A stretch of DNA of 64,000 nt from the NCBI GenBank assembly GCA_052327205.1, contig CM126220.1, positions 42,718,001 to 42,782,000 on the forward strand, in the 5' to 3' direction. This DNA comes from Somniosus microcephalus (Eukaryota). Made by a program: the position numbers and the translations under genes. Below are positions 1 to 12,483 of the stretch, piece after piece; position 1 is the stretch's first letter, and each line of letters begins with the position of its first letter. The notes under the pieces were generated by a model, which saw only the letters and a program-made list of their open reading frames with translations, had not been told where the DNA came from and searched no databases.

Positions 1-112
1 AGCGCTCCACTTCCTTCCTGGAGAGCAAAACCAAATTTTTTTAAAGTTGAGAAACATAAGAATTTTCTCAACCTTTAGTGCCCCAAACGGGGCTATAATG
101 AATTTCTCCCCC
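1..112. mobile_element. Right end of a GC-rich PIF/Harbinger-type MITE (truncated by window edge)
   Basis: Ends in AATTTCTCCCCC, the same terminus as the MITE at 35328-36086; shares GCTCCACTTCCT and CCCCAAACGGGG with the right part of the MITE ending at 53959. Confidence 0.6.
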
Positions 113-580
113 TTGAACTTTATACCAATCACATTATTACACAATAAAGGTTATTTTAATCCTGAAATTTGAAACTCATCCCATTTCATTTCATCCAAAT
201 TCACACTGTTAGAAATGAGGGGCCTGCTTCCAATTGAGAGCAGTCAGATCATTTCATTCCCGGATCACACCGACATGGGAGAGTATTATGGTTGGATTTG
301 GATAAACCTTTCCAAATGTGAAACAATTGTGTGTTACTTGTAAGTATAAAATATATGAAGGAACTATTTAATACCATAACATGATCTGAAAGCAGAACTA
401 TTGTTCTAGGTTGTAATACAGATTATAGGATTCATGCAGATTGATGCAAGGTTCTCACATCTATGAATACAGTGTAGGTTTGAACTGTTTAAACCGAAAC
501 ATTATCAGGAAATAAAATATTAAATACATATGTCACTGGAGCTGATGATGGTCCTCTTCCCTTCCTATTTTAAGTGCATA

Positions 581-1047
581 GAAAGAAAGACTTGCATTTA
601 CATAGCGCCTTTCATGACTACTGGACGGCTCAAAGCGCTTTACAGCCAATGAAGTACTTTATGAAGTGTAGTCACTGTTGTAATGTGGGAAACACGGCAG
701 CCAATTTGCGCACAGCAAGGTCCCACAAACAGCAATGTGATAATGACCAGATAATCTGTTTTTGTTCTGTTGATTGAGGGATAAATATTGGCCAGGACAC
801 CGGGGATAACCCCCCTGCTCTTCTTCTAAATATTGACATTGAATCCTTCACGTCCACTTGAGAGAGCAGGCGGGGCCTGGGTTTAACATCTCATCCGAAA
901 GACGGCACCTCCGACAGTGCAGCACTCCCTCAGCATTGCACTGGAGTGTCAGCCTAGCTTTATGTGCTCAATTCCCTGGAGTGGGACTTGAACCCACAAC
1001 CTCCTGACTCAGAGGCGAGAGTGCTACCAACTGAGCCACAGCTGACA
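581..1047 (-). mobile_element. tRNA-derived Deu-domain SINE (SacSINE1/AmnSINE-like), near full length
   Basis: On the minus strand: tRNA-like head with GGTTCAAGTCC box B, central GGTGCCGTCTTTCGGATGAGA.GTTAAACC Deu-like core, L2-like tail ending in TCTTTCTTTC; four other similar copies in the window. Confidence 0.8.
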
Positions 1048-1051
1048 AATA

Positions 1052-1841
1052 GGGCTGGATTTTCTCAATGGAGAGGAGTTGGAGGCGGGACTGCTGCTTG
1101 TTTGGTCAATGTCCTGACTCCATCATCTTCTGGCCAACCAGCATGATTTTCCCCTGATTGACCCTGCGGACTCAGCAGGCCAATTAGGGAGAAAGTCACT
1201 GACAGAGCACGTCAATGTCTGACATGCTATCTGTCAAGACTCCTTGAAGGAAGAAATGTCAGCGTTTGACAGCTCTGTGAACTGTCAAACACTGACATTC
1301 TCTATAGTTTGATGAGTCCTTGTGTTCAGGACTCATCAAACCTTTCAACTTTGTAGATTTCAGATGGCTGTTGGGTCAGAGGATCCAACAGCCAGTCTGT
1401 GAAATCAACAAGGAAGATGTTGGGTCTCCCGATCCAAGGTGGATAAAGGCTGTAGGCTGAAAACAAGGTAAGTGAACATTTTTTAACACTCGCCTTCCAT
1501 ACTTACCACTCCACACTTGCACCCATCACTTCACCTCAACATCTTACTTTCAGCTGCCTCCGACCTCCGCAGACCTCCTTCACATCTCCTCCAATCCGGC
1601 GGGGTTCTCCGAGGTCGGGAAGCCTTCAGCTGAGAAGGTAAAATGGCACTAATCCCTTTTAGGATTTAATCCCTTTCCCGGCTCCAGGAGATGGGACCTG
1701 AAGCAGCACATCTTCCCGCCTCCTGGCAAAAGGGCACGGAGGTGGAATGGGGGTGGGATTGCCATCCGCCCCCACTTTCTGCTACTTTACCGGCAGTCCC
1801 GCCTCCATGCCCACCTCCTTGGGGCTGAGAAAATCCAGCCC
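1052..1841 (+). mobile_element. Non-autonomous PIF/Harbinger-type element (MITE A) with internal hairpin cassette
   Basis: Perfect 16-bp terminal inverted repeats (TIRs) GGGCTGGATTTTCTCA / TGAGAAAATCCAGCCC; flanks ATA / TTA (imperfect 3-bp TSD); homologous in opposite orientation to the MITE at 15765-21838. Confidence 0.85.
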
Positions 1842-2276
1842 TTAAGTACAACTGAGATGTGTGAGCACCCGAAAGCCTCAATGCTGGAGTGCTGGACTCT
1901 CAGCTGCGACTCATCGAGTTTGAATCCTAGTCTGGATGAACACACACATAAATCACACTAGGGCTTATTCGAGTGAAAGCCTCGCCAGTCTCAGACAGGT
2001 CATCTGGGAGACAGTGACCCCTTTATTTTGCTCTGCTCCAGGCAGATTGATCATGGGGCCACCACTGACAATGTCCATGGAGATGACTGTGAGCTAAACA
2101 GCACTGCCAAAGAAAAGAAAACTAGAAAGTATAAAAATAAGATTGAACAGCCCCAGCATATCCTCTCCTCGCTGACCCTCCTGCCACGACAAGATTAATA
2201 GGCCATTTTACAGAATCCAGTTAGTCGGCATACAAAACTTTTTTGTGCGCATTTGTAACAATCAGAGAAAAACACA

Positions 2277-2783
2277 GGGGTAGATTTTCAACTTACCGCC
2301 AGAGCATAAAACTGGCGACGCAGATGGTTTGTCCGATATAGAAAGCGCTCGATTTTCATTTACATTGCTAGCGATAGATAAAGAAAGACTTGCATTTATA
2401 TAGCGCCTTTCACAACCTCAGGATGTCCCAAAGCGCTTTACAACCAATGAAGTACTTTTGAAGTGTAGTCACTGTTGTAATGAAGGAAACGTGGCAGCCA
2501 ATTTGTGCACAGCAAGCTCCCACAAACAGCAATGTGAAAATGACCAGATAATCTGTTTTAGTGATGTTGCTCGAGAGAGAGAAATATTGACCAGGACAGC
2601 GGGGAGAATGCCCCTGCTCTTTTTCTAAATAGTGCCGCGGGATCTTTTACGTCCACCTGAGAGGGAAGACAGGGCCTCGGTTTAACGTCTCATCCGAAAG
2701 ATACGAAACTCAGGCGGTTTCTCAATGGGGGGCTAAACCACAGCGCGAGTTTTATGCCTGGGCAACAAGTTGAAAATCAACAC
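2277..2783. mobile_element. Fold-back MITE split at its centre by a SINE insertion
   Basis: GGGGTAGATTTTCAACTT..GCATAAAACT on the left pairs with AGTTTTATGC..AAGTTGAAAATCAACACC on the right; the Deu-SINE at 2378-2700 lies between the arms. Confidence 0.65.
2378..2700 (-). mobile_element. Deu-domain SINE, 5'-truncated
   Basis: Matches the 581-900 part of the first copy and lacks the tRNA head. Confidence 0.8.
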
Positions 2784-3081
2784 CACAAGCTCAGATTTCG
2801 TCTTGCCCATTGTAGATGTTTGAAGTCCAGGGAGATCCCCCCACCACCCCCCCCCCCCCCCGCACACACTGCAGATATCTAAACAAACTCGCTTTTTATA
2901 TTTTACTCATCAAGCTCTTTCTTTTGTGTTTTCCCATCTTCAGCTCACGATGATCTTGTTCTTCATACTTCAAACCATCTCCCCACAGCCAACAGTGATC
3001 TTTCTACCAAGAGCAAACACCTTCTTTTCCCTGGGATGCAGTTTCTCAAAAGCCAAGTCGTTCCAGGCTGCCAACCTATTA

Positions 3082-3414
3082 CAGGAAACTTTCGTTTAAC
3101 CGGAGGTTAAATGTCCGGAAAGCTCTATCCACCGGCAAAATTTAGGAGTCGGTTCAGATAAGTTTTTTTACTTCTCGTTGCTTTTTTCCCCCAGTCGTAG
3201 CTCTGCAAGGTCTAGCTGAAGCTGTTGCTTAGCTACAGAGACGCTTGCAAGCTACGCCGACTGTTTTGAAGCTGTTGCTAAGCAACAGGGTTTGTTGCTT
3301 CACACGGAGCTCAGAAGCTCCGTATGTTTTAACATTAGCGCTGGTTTCTCCGGCAGTTTTGATGGAACGGCAACAGCTCGGTCCAGTCAGTGCCGGATAC
3401 CAGAAAGTTTCCTG
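3082..3414. mobile_element. Tc1/mariner-type MITE
   Basis: TIRs CAGGAAACTTTC / GAAAGTTTCCTG flanked by TA on both sides (3080-3081 and 3415-3416). Confidence 0.75.
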
Positions 3415-5974
3415 TAGTTGGAATTTGAAGCTGCTGAGTTTTATCATATGAAACAAACTTTACTTTGGTAAATCCATGATAAATATCCAGATTTTAAAAC
3501 AATCCCGAACATCAGAGTTAACTCTTGCCATCATAGTAATGAAAATCTGATTCCCACAAAAGCATGATGACACAAATAAATCAGACAATATTTTAAGTAT
3601 AATGTACTGTTAAAGGGATTTTTTTTTAAGTGCTCGAAGGGAAAGAAAGCTTTAAAATAGTACTGTGACTAAGATGGGAATTCCAACTGTCTTTCAGTGT
3701 TAGATATTCCACAATGATACTGTTTCTGTCTTAACACTAAATGTGTGAATGAAAAATATATAATAATCACTATAACAAAACTGGTAGCGATCACAACTTT
3801 TTTTTTTAAAAAGAGTATACAGCACAGAAACAGGCCATTCAACCCAACTAGTCTGTGCTGGTGTTTAGACTCCACACGAGTCTCGTGAAACAGGTTTCAG
3901 TAAAGCAATATTGCGCAGCACTATCAACTCCAGGGATCTGCTAAACCCACTCGCTGCTCACGAGTTGTCCCTTACGGGGCGGAAGAAAACATAAGTATAG
4001 AAGCAGAGTGCGGCATCGCAGACCTCCAATGCAGGGCACCACTAGACGTGGGGTGAAGGTGCCATGTCCACTCCACTGAGTTCCTGATCTGAGCTGTGTC
4101 ACTCTGGGGAGACAATGGTGAAAAGTATGAGGGTGAAACATCACTTTTGGGCCTTCGTTGTCTCTTAGCAACGAGCTAGAGAACAATTTCGGTCGAAGGC
4201 AACTGGAGTCAGGAATTAAGTTGCCCTCATCACCACAGTAGATGGCAAAACCAAAAATGAGAATAGAAGCTAAAAACTTGCAGGGGAAAGACTATGGGTT
4301 AGATTTTTAATTTGCTGCCTAGGGGTAAAAGCTGATGTTGTGGATCGGCTGCCAGTTATAGAAACTGCCTGATTATTAATCCAAATCAAAGGAAATGAAA
4401 ATTGGGTGGTTTCTATAACAGCCAGTTGATCCGCAACACCAGGACAGCAAGTTGAAATTCTACCCCTATATTGAGATATACTTCTTTTCACTATGAAATG
4501 CTGCTCGTGCTGGTAACTGCAACCAGACCATTCAGTGCTTTGAAGGCTTGTAAAAAGCAGCAGGCACACGTTTGCTTTCTGAAACATGTCAGATTTTAGG
4601 CGGAACGCTGACCTCAGCTCTTTTACCCATACTGACTTCTTCAGATGGACTAATATTTAGACAGGAATTTCTAGTTCTGAGCACTTCCAAAGAGCAGGAG
4701 CTTCCTGTTGTCCACACCTTCTTCACTTCTGCCTGGCTATTTCTAGTACTAAGTGCTTTTGAGAGACTTTGTTCAACACAATATGTAAGTATTTTTTTAA
4801 ATTACCAAAAAAACATTTTTCCCAATTAATGGGCATTTTGTTCTCCAAGAAAACATGGTGCCAAGAGATAACATTGTGCGATACTATCATATGAACGTTT
4901 AATGCAGTTGTATAAATTTTTAATGGGTTACCTTCTCCACTAAAATAGCATCCACACAATAATATTGTTTAATGCAATTTTCAGGCTTGAATGCTTAATC
5001 TAATCTTCCAGTCTGTTGATATCATACTGAGCAACATAATGATTACGTTACCGCATAATGAACTTGGTACATGTGAGCTAATGCCTATCTTTTTTCAAAT
5101 ATGCAGTAGTGCACATCATTTGTGACAAACAGAAAAGCTATGAAATAAAATTTGACATAAAAACAAAAATGCCAGCAATGAGCACCAAATCAATCATTGT
5201 CTAAAGGTGATGGGTTAACGTTTGGGCCAGAGACTCTCCACCAGGGGTCAAGGAGACTGAGCCAATGCGCTGGAGAGAGGTTGACGGAATCTGTTTAACA
5301 ATGCAGAGCATACTGCAGGAAAGGCAGAGAGAGCCCTGGTGAGAGGAGCCCATCATTCTCCTTCAGATGCTGACTTGGTTACTGTGCAGTTCCAGCATCT
5401 TCTGTTTTAACTGGATTATTTTGGTATCATTTAACAGAGACTGCACCAGCATCAAAACTCATTTCACCTCTATTTATTTGTCCTCTCATCTCCTGCGCTT
5501 TCCAGTGAGCTGAGCTGAATTGTCACAAACAGTTCGTCAATCATCCTAATTGTTACAGTTGTATACATTACTGTTCTCTACGGCAGATGCTGTGCTTGTT
5601 CACTGCATTTAAAATCCATTACATATTTAATAAGCATTTATCAAGGCTGGCAGCCCACAGGTTCAGTTCCTAAACCTGGTTTCTTAAATCAAGTGAAGCT
5701 GAAGTATTAAATTCATTCATCAACAAATGGCATTGAATAAATCAACGCACTGTTGCCAACGACCATTTGTTCAACTCAAAAAGCTGCATTAAAATGGGAG
5801 AAAATTCTACTGGTCACTTTGGTATTCCTTGTTTGTTGTGGTGCTTCTCCCACAATCCTAAATCTTCAAAAGAAATATTGAAAAAACACAATAGAGTGGA
5901 TTCTAAATTTCAAGTACACTTCAAGTAGTGTTCGATCTAACAACATGACAGTATGATTTCTCAACAGCAGGGAG

Positions 5975-6770
5975 GAGGGCTGTGGAGGAGATCACTGGCC
6001 AGGGAGGACATGGGGGGAGGGGGTGGTGGGAGGGGGAGATCACAGGCTGGGGACATGGGGGGAGGGGGTGATCGCTGGCTGGGGACATGGGGGGAGGGGA
6101 TGGGGAGAGGAGGAGATCACAGGTCAGAGAGGACATGGGGGGAGGGGGTGGTGGGAGGGGGAGATCGCTGGCTGGGGACATGGGGGGAGGGGGTGGGGAG
6201 AGGAGGAGATCACAGGCCGGAGAGGACATGGGGGGAGGGGGTGGTGGGAGGGGGAGATCACAGGCTGGGGACATGGGGGGAGGGGGGTGGTGGGAGGGGG
6301 AGATCGCTGACCCGAGAGGACATGGGGGGAGGGGGAGATCGCTGGCTGGGGAGGACATGAGGGGAGGGGGTGGGGAGAGGAGGAGATCACAGGCTGGGGA
6401 GGACATGGGGGGAGGGGGTGGTGGGAGGGGGAGATCGCTGGCTGGGGAGAGATCGCTGGCCGGAGAGGACATGGGGGTAGATCGCTGGCCGGAGAGGACA
6501 TGGGGGGAGGGGGTGGTGGGAGGGGGAGATCACAAGCCGGAGAGGACATGGGGGGAGGGGGCAATTGCTTGCTGTGGACATGGGGGGAGGGGGAGATCGC
6601 TGGCCGGAGATGACATGGGGGGGAGGGGGAGATCACTGGCTGGGACATGGGGGGAGTGGGTGGTGGGAGGAGGAGATCGCAGGCCAGTGAGGGCATGGGG
6701 GGAGGGGGTGAGCACAGGCCGGGGAGGACATGGGATCACGGGTGGGGAGATGGGGGGGTCCGATCGCTGG
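5975..6770 (+). repeat. G-rich minisatellite built from GGAGATC(A/G)C..GG...AGGACATGGGGGGAGGGGGTGGTGGGAGG units
   Basis: Roughly 25-50-bp variant units visible directly; strong purine/G strand bias; all overlapping ORFs are low complexity. Confidence 0.9.
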
Positions 6771-7135
6771 CGAGGTTTAACAAGGTAGCTTGGTGGGCCA
6801 AAGGGAATGCACCCCTGCTCCTCCTGGCCCACAAGCAGTGCTGGAAAGATACTTACCTGTGCCACCCAGCAATCCTCACCTCCCTTCAGCTGCCAGGTTT
6901 CCCAAGGTGAAACACAAGTAAAATCTTAGGTACGCAGCCTCATTAAAATATTTAAATGAGGGACCTGAGAGCGGGTTGTTTTCCCGCGCGCCCCCACCGC
7001 CGCGTCCCGTCCCGCCTCCGTTAAAACCGAACATGGGCGGGTTCTACGCAGGTTCGGCTTGGGTTTGAAATTTTTTGCATTTTAACTTCCCACCCGACCC
7101 AAACCCACCCATTTATGGGGGTTAAAATTAACCCC
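6770..7135. mobile_element. Right arm of a Harbinger-type non-autonomous element
   Basis: CpG-rich subterminal region ending GGGGGTTAAAATTAACCCC, complementary in style to the GGGGATGATTTTAACCC terminus at 62967; left TIR not found. Confidence 0.55.
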
Positions 7136-7139
7136 TACA

Positions 7140-7340
7140 TTCCAAGTCGACGACCTTTCCTCAGAACTGGTCGACATTAGAGATTAGCAAGCCAACAGCG
7201 TCCAGTTCCAATGGAAGGTCATTGACCTGCAATGTTAACTCTGCTACTCTCTTCACAGATGCTGCCTGACCGGCTGAGTGCTTTCCATAAACTTTCGGTT
7301 TTTTATTTCAACTGTAGCATCCAGAGTATTTTGCTTTTGT
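7140..7340. mobile_element. Penelope-like element pseudo-LTR remnants in inverted arrangement
   Basis: Degenerate hammerhead-like cores on both strands (minus: CCAGTTCTGAGGAAAGGTCG; plus: GAAGGTCATTGACCTG..TGTTAACTCTG), followed by ACAGATGCTGCCTGACC.GCTGAG as in the other copies. Confidence 0.6.
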
Positions 7341-7366
7341 TTTCATTTTAATTTTTCTGGAACTGA

Positions 7367-7831
7367 TAAAGAAAGACTTGCATTTCTATAGCGCCTTTCA
7401 CAATCACCAGACGTCTCAAAGCGCTTTACAGCCAATGAAGTACTTTTGGAGGGTACTCACTGTTGTAATGTGGGAAACGCGGCAGCCAATTTGCGCACAG
7501 CAAGCTCCCACGAACAGCAATGTGATAATGGCCAGATGATCTGTTTTTATTCTGTTGATTGAGGGATAAATATTGGCCAGGACACTGGGGATAATTCCCC
7601 TACTCTGCTTCAAAACAGTACCATGGGATCTTTTACATCCACCTGAGAGAGCAGACGGGACCTCGGTTTAACGTCTCATCCAAAAGACGGCACCTCTGAC
7701 AGTGCAGCACTCCCTCAGCACTGCACTGAAGTATCATTCTAGCTTTATGTGCTCAAGTCCCTGGAGTGGGACCTGAACCCACAACTTTCTGACTCAGAGG
7801 CGAGAGTGCTACTCACTGAGCCACAGCTGAC
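7367..7831 (-). mobile_element. Deu-domain SINE, near full length
   Basis: Colinear with 581-1047. Confidence 0.8.
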
Positions 7832-9559
7832 ATGGCTAATAATATGAATAATTTTGGTGCAAGTGAAAAGGAAACAGTATTGACGCCATTTTGCCTCGAG
7901 CAGATAACTTCCTGTTTGAACATAGGCTGATCACCCGTCCAGTTTTGGACTAGACAAAACACTTGAAAACAAAACACCAAAAGTCTGTTTTCTTAATAAA
8001 GTTCAGTCAATTTTTCCACTTACTTCAGTGTTTTATGATGTGGAGCCATTAGTTATTCAGGTTTTCAATTAATCGTCATTAGTAGCTTAAGAAAATATTA
8101 GATCCCAAGCCATGATCTCATCTCCTGTCCTGCCTCTTACTATCCCTGTCCAATATTTGGACCAAGCAAGAGGTGGGAACTCTACCTGAAAGAGTAAACG
8201 GTAACATGATTAACGACATGAGGCTTTATCCAGCACTGAAGACCTGTAATCAATTACCACACACTAATCAATGGTGCTGTACAAAAACCTCTCAAGTTTT
8301 ATTCCGATGGGATTAAGAGGGTTGCACCTGGAATTTCCCGGGGGTTCTTCCGACCTTCTGCTCCGCAGAAACCCCAGGGAAACTATGCAAACAACCATTC
8401 TACACCACTTCTCTGGGGTTACCACCGATCCTTCACCAAAGTGCCGCAGATCAGGGAACTCCAATAGAAATTCTACCTGGTACTGGTTTAAGGGAAAGTT
8501 TATCTTGCAATTATAATCTAACGGACATATGTAAATTAGCATAATTAATTGACGTGCTTCTTCGACATTTTTGAAAATCTTCACTTTTCGTCTTTGAATC
8601 CAAAGTCCTTATGTATAAACACTTGTTGCAGAGTGGAGGTTGATCCTCCATATTCATATTTACAATGAGCCTCGCGTGGCTGCATCACAATGAAAGGTGA
8701 GATACACTGAAACCATGAGATAATTCACTTATCTCCTAGTCGAGGCAAGACAGAGGCCACTGTGACAACAGAAATGGCCCATTGCCACTAATACTACTTA
8801 AGGTTCAGTAGCAAACCCTAAGTGCACAAAAAAGAACTGTTCCTGGTCTAGCAGGGGACAGTACCTGACCCAGTCAGACTGGGTCGTACCTCACAGAATC
8901 CCGATCAAGGGTATATTCTTCCAGTTTGTTAAAAACAGGGTTTGCAGACGTTTCGAGTTAAAGCGAAAATTCTATTTTCTTTTTAATCTAATTTTGCATA
9001 TAGCAATTAGGTCTAATTAGTATAAAGTGTTATCCCGTATGTGATGAAGATTATAGTGTACAAATTTTCTACAGATAGGATTTCTTTGTTCTGAATGATA
9101 ATATAAAGGTTGTTTTATAACTAGCAAACTTAGAACGTACAAATCCATTCTAATTAACATTTGCAGATTAGATTGGATCTGTATCATTCACCAGTATATT
9201 ATCTTTAATAGCCTAACAATTTTATTCAGATTTTTTTTATGCATTACTAATTAAAATAGGTAAAGCTAAAAGCAACGTCACAATGCTCTCATGATTTAAA
9301 TAATTGTAGTTATGTTGAAAGCTCAGAGCTTTTTTTTAAAGTTCCTGACGTAAGAAAACTACTAGGCACTTGGTCTAAGCATTAAACAAAGCTTTAATCA
9401 ACTGTTTTACAACATGGAGGTCTAGTTGTGTCCTTCACTAGTTCCTGTTAAGAATGTCCTGCGGAAGCTGGGCCCGTGCCCGAGTATTTATACTCTCCCT
9501 GGACAGCACCACCCGAGGCCGCTCCGTTGATTCATGTCAGTTCCTTTTTGCATTTTTAT

Positions 9560-9920
9560 TCTTTCCCATTTTCTTCCATCCCCTCGTCTCCTGAAGATGT
9601 TAATTTTTATTCCTGGGATATGGTTCCACGGGCACCAGTTGCCCCACAGTCCCTCGCAGTACCACAGGCGCGCCTCGACACTGAGTTTCAGTGGGTTATC
9701 GAACACAGCGGGCACTACTGAGCCCCCTCCTGTCTTTACCGAACGTCCGCAGGAGCACATTTCCAGCGGCGTTTGCTGCTCAGTGCCTGATGCCCTGTCT
9801 GATTCCTTCCTCGATATTTCAGGAGTGCTCAGGGCCAGCTGTACAACCCCCATTCAGATCAGCACAGTGAACCTGGGACCTTCCAGGTCTGCACGGCTCA
9901 GCTACACACTGGATAAACTG
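9560..9920 (-). mobile_element. Old tRNA-derived SINE-like repeat (related copies near 14000-14300 and 55490-55880)
   Basis: Shared CTCCTGAAG.TG..ATT..TTC...TTCCA.GGGCAC motif with the 14000 copy; tRNA-like GGTCCCAGGTTCA head on the minus strand. Highly diverged. Confidence 0.4.
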
Positions 9921-11112
9921 GTAGTTGTTCAACACAATAAATCTGCTGATGTCAGGTAGTGAAAGCCACGTGTCTGAAGACCAAACTGACGCCATTAAAG
10001 TTTCGCCATCAGATGCAGCTATTTCCAGAATTTATTGCAAAACTGATGGATCAGCATCTAACAATGACAGCACAGAGTTCGCACTGCCACCACAAACAGT
10101 TAAAATATTATTTTCTTCTGTACTGTCAACCTCTAATCTACTAAGCAGTAAAAAATGACATACATAATTAAAAATATCTGGCACAATTAGACTTCAATCA
10201 CAGCTCCACAGGATCAGTATAAGGGCAGCTGTTTTTCATTCTGGCTGAGCAGAATTACTTTCTACACACCTCAATTAGTCCACTTTTATTTATTTATGTT
10301 AATTATTCTCCAGAAATAAAGACCAAGACGTAAGGCAAAGACGGCAGTTCTTAATGTCAGAGAGAACGTTGCCCACAATAAAATATCAGGAGAGCAACGA
10401 CTGTGTTTCGATGACCACCTTGAATTTATCACAGGTTGACTGGGCTTCCTTTTACTGCCTGAAGGCTTCTTCAAACACGGTTGACTACCCACAGATAAGT
10501 GGCAGCTAACTAATGAACTAATTATATGTTCAAATTACAATGCAGGCCTATGATCATTTGCCCAGACTTGTTTTAAAGCAAACAGATAATCTATTTAATA
10601 AGGAGCTCTTCCAATACTTATTAAAAATGCCAGTGCAAAGCTTCCTGTCCCATTTGTTGGTAAATGTACCACACATTTTCAGTGCTGTTCAGGTCACGTC
10701 AAATGTCACAATCAAGTAATATTTAAATAATTCGGTTTATCTAAAGGTATGATTTTTTTTCTTAACAGTTCAACAAAACACATCTGTTCAATCAGAACAC
10801 ACTTGCCAATAACAATTCATAAACAAACTAAGGGAAGAGGGTTTTGGTGATGGAGCAGACTGGGGGATGTAATAAAATGATGGAGAGGAAATGGTTGCAA
10901 TATGACATATATGGATTTGAGCTTTTGATCGAGCACAGTGGCTCACAAAATCTAGACCAAATGACTACAATCAGGGCACCAATCAATAACATTTAAATTG
11001 CTGCCCTTAGCAACTATGCCAGGCTGATCTTGCAGCGCAAACTGCATAGGCCCAATTCCCCGAACAAAATTCAAATAGAAATGCCGGAATACTTTGGCTA
11101 GCCAGTGTTATT

Positions 11113-11868
11113 GGCCCAGAAATTCGTGTCGGGGGCTTCCCACGGGTACAAGCCCCCGACCTACACTTACCTAGCGCGCTGGCAGTTGAAGCCTGGGCCT
11201 GCGTGGATTTCCTGTCTGTGGCCCGGTCCAGCTCCCGGCGCGCTGTGCTTGCGTGATCCAGCGGCGTACTTAGTGCGATGCATCGGCTGGGATCACGTGA
11301 GTACTGGGCAACCAATCGGAGGATGCAAAAGTTCATTCATGAGTTTGACAGTAAGAACTGTCAAACTCATGAAAACTCCGGGCGCCCAAAACAGTACTTA
11401 AACTCGAAATAAATTTTTTTTTAAATCACACTATTTAAATGAACTATTTAAATAACTATTTTAAACAACAATTTAAATTTTTGAAAAAAATAATTTTATA
11501 AAAAATCAGGGCTAAAAATACACTTACCTTACTGTAAAGTCTTTAAAAATAATAAACCTGTGGAAAAAAAATTCTAATTTTAATTAATAGACCACTTACC
11601 TTTTAAAATTAAGTCCTTACGTCTGCTTTTTAAAGTGTAAAAAGTGGAGGCCTTCACACACGGGCAAACCTGGAAAAAAAAAGGAAGTTCAACGCACACG
11701 CGCAGACTCCTGCACGCACGCGTTCGACCTCTGAACCCCTTGGTTCAGAGGATCGGAAATGCCGGTTTCCCGCGCATGCGCTGTGCATGCAGAAAACCAG
11801 CAATTCCATCGGTCCCACGCGTGAGTACACGGTGCTTACTCGCGCGTTGGGACACTAATTTCTGGGCC
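11113..11868. mobile_element. PIF/Harbinger-type MITE C
   Basis: 18-bp TIRs GGCCCAGAAATT(C/A)GTGTC with one mismatch; exact 3-bp TSD ATT (11110-11112, 11869-11871); CpG-rich arms, AT-rich centre, perfect 17-bp hairpin at 11336-11373. Confidence 0.85.
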
Positions 11869-12483
11869 ATTGTTTTCTGCCTCACCTTCAGATTTGTCTT
11901 TCGGACACAATAAAAAGGCCAAAATCACCACGTGATAAAGTTTTTGCACTAGATGCACTTCCAGAATGACCACAAATAGGCTGCTCTTAAAATTCCACCA
12001 CACTCATTGTTGGGATATGTGTGAAGTTTCTAATATGTTTTCTTTCATACTTAGGGAGAAGTTATTGGTGACAAGATATTGGTAAGGGTCTGCAAAATGC
12101 TTTGATACGGTAGTCACCCTTTAAATGACAGAGTTGAATAACATGATTATTAACCCATAAATAGCTGACTTGGTTGCTATATTCATAACTAGTCAGATCT
12201 TGCTCTCTCTTTTAGTGTATTTGCAGGTGGGTCCAAGAGATGTGCACACTCCGTTTTTGGATACCTTTACAATTGAAATAAATGAATTTTAGAACTCAGC
12301 ACCAAGACTGAATGCATAACAGCACTACTTATCTATTGTATATAAAATTCAGTGCATGGGATGTGTGCTTCATTGGAAACTCATTGTAAATACCTGTTAC
12401 TCCGCTAGGTGGTGCTGTGACAGGTATGTTCAGTGTTTAAAGTGTCACGCTGTGTGACACACACTGGTTGTTATTTTACAGTG

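Noticed and set aside
2970-3076. Minus-strand terminal exon LAAWNDLAFEKLHPREKKVF...
   Set aside because: The putative acceptor context is supplied by the adjacent mariner-type MITE end, the peptide is not recognised and there are no partner exons.
5921-6865. Cluster of overlapping Pro/Gly-rich ORFs
   Set aside because: Minisatellite translations on both strands with no domain motifs.
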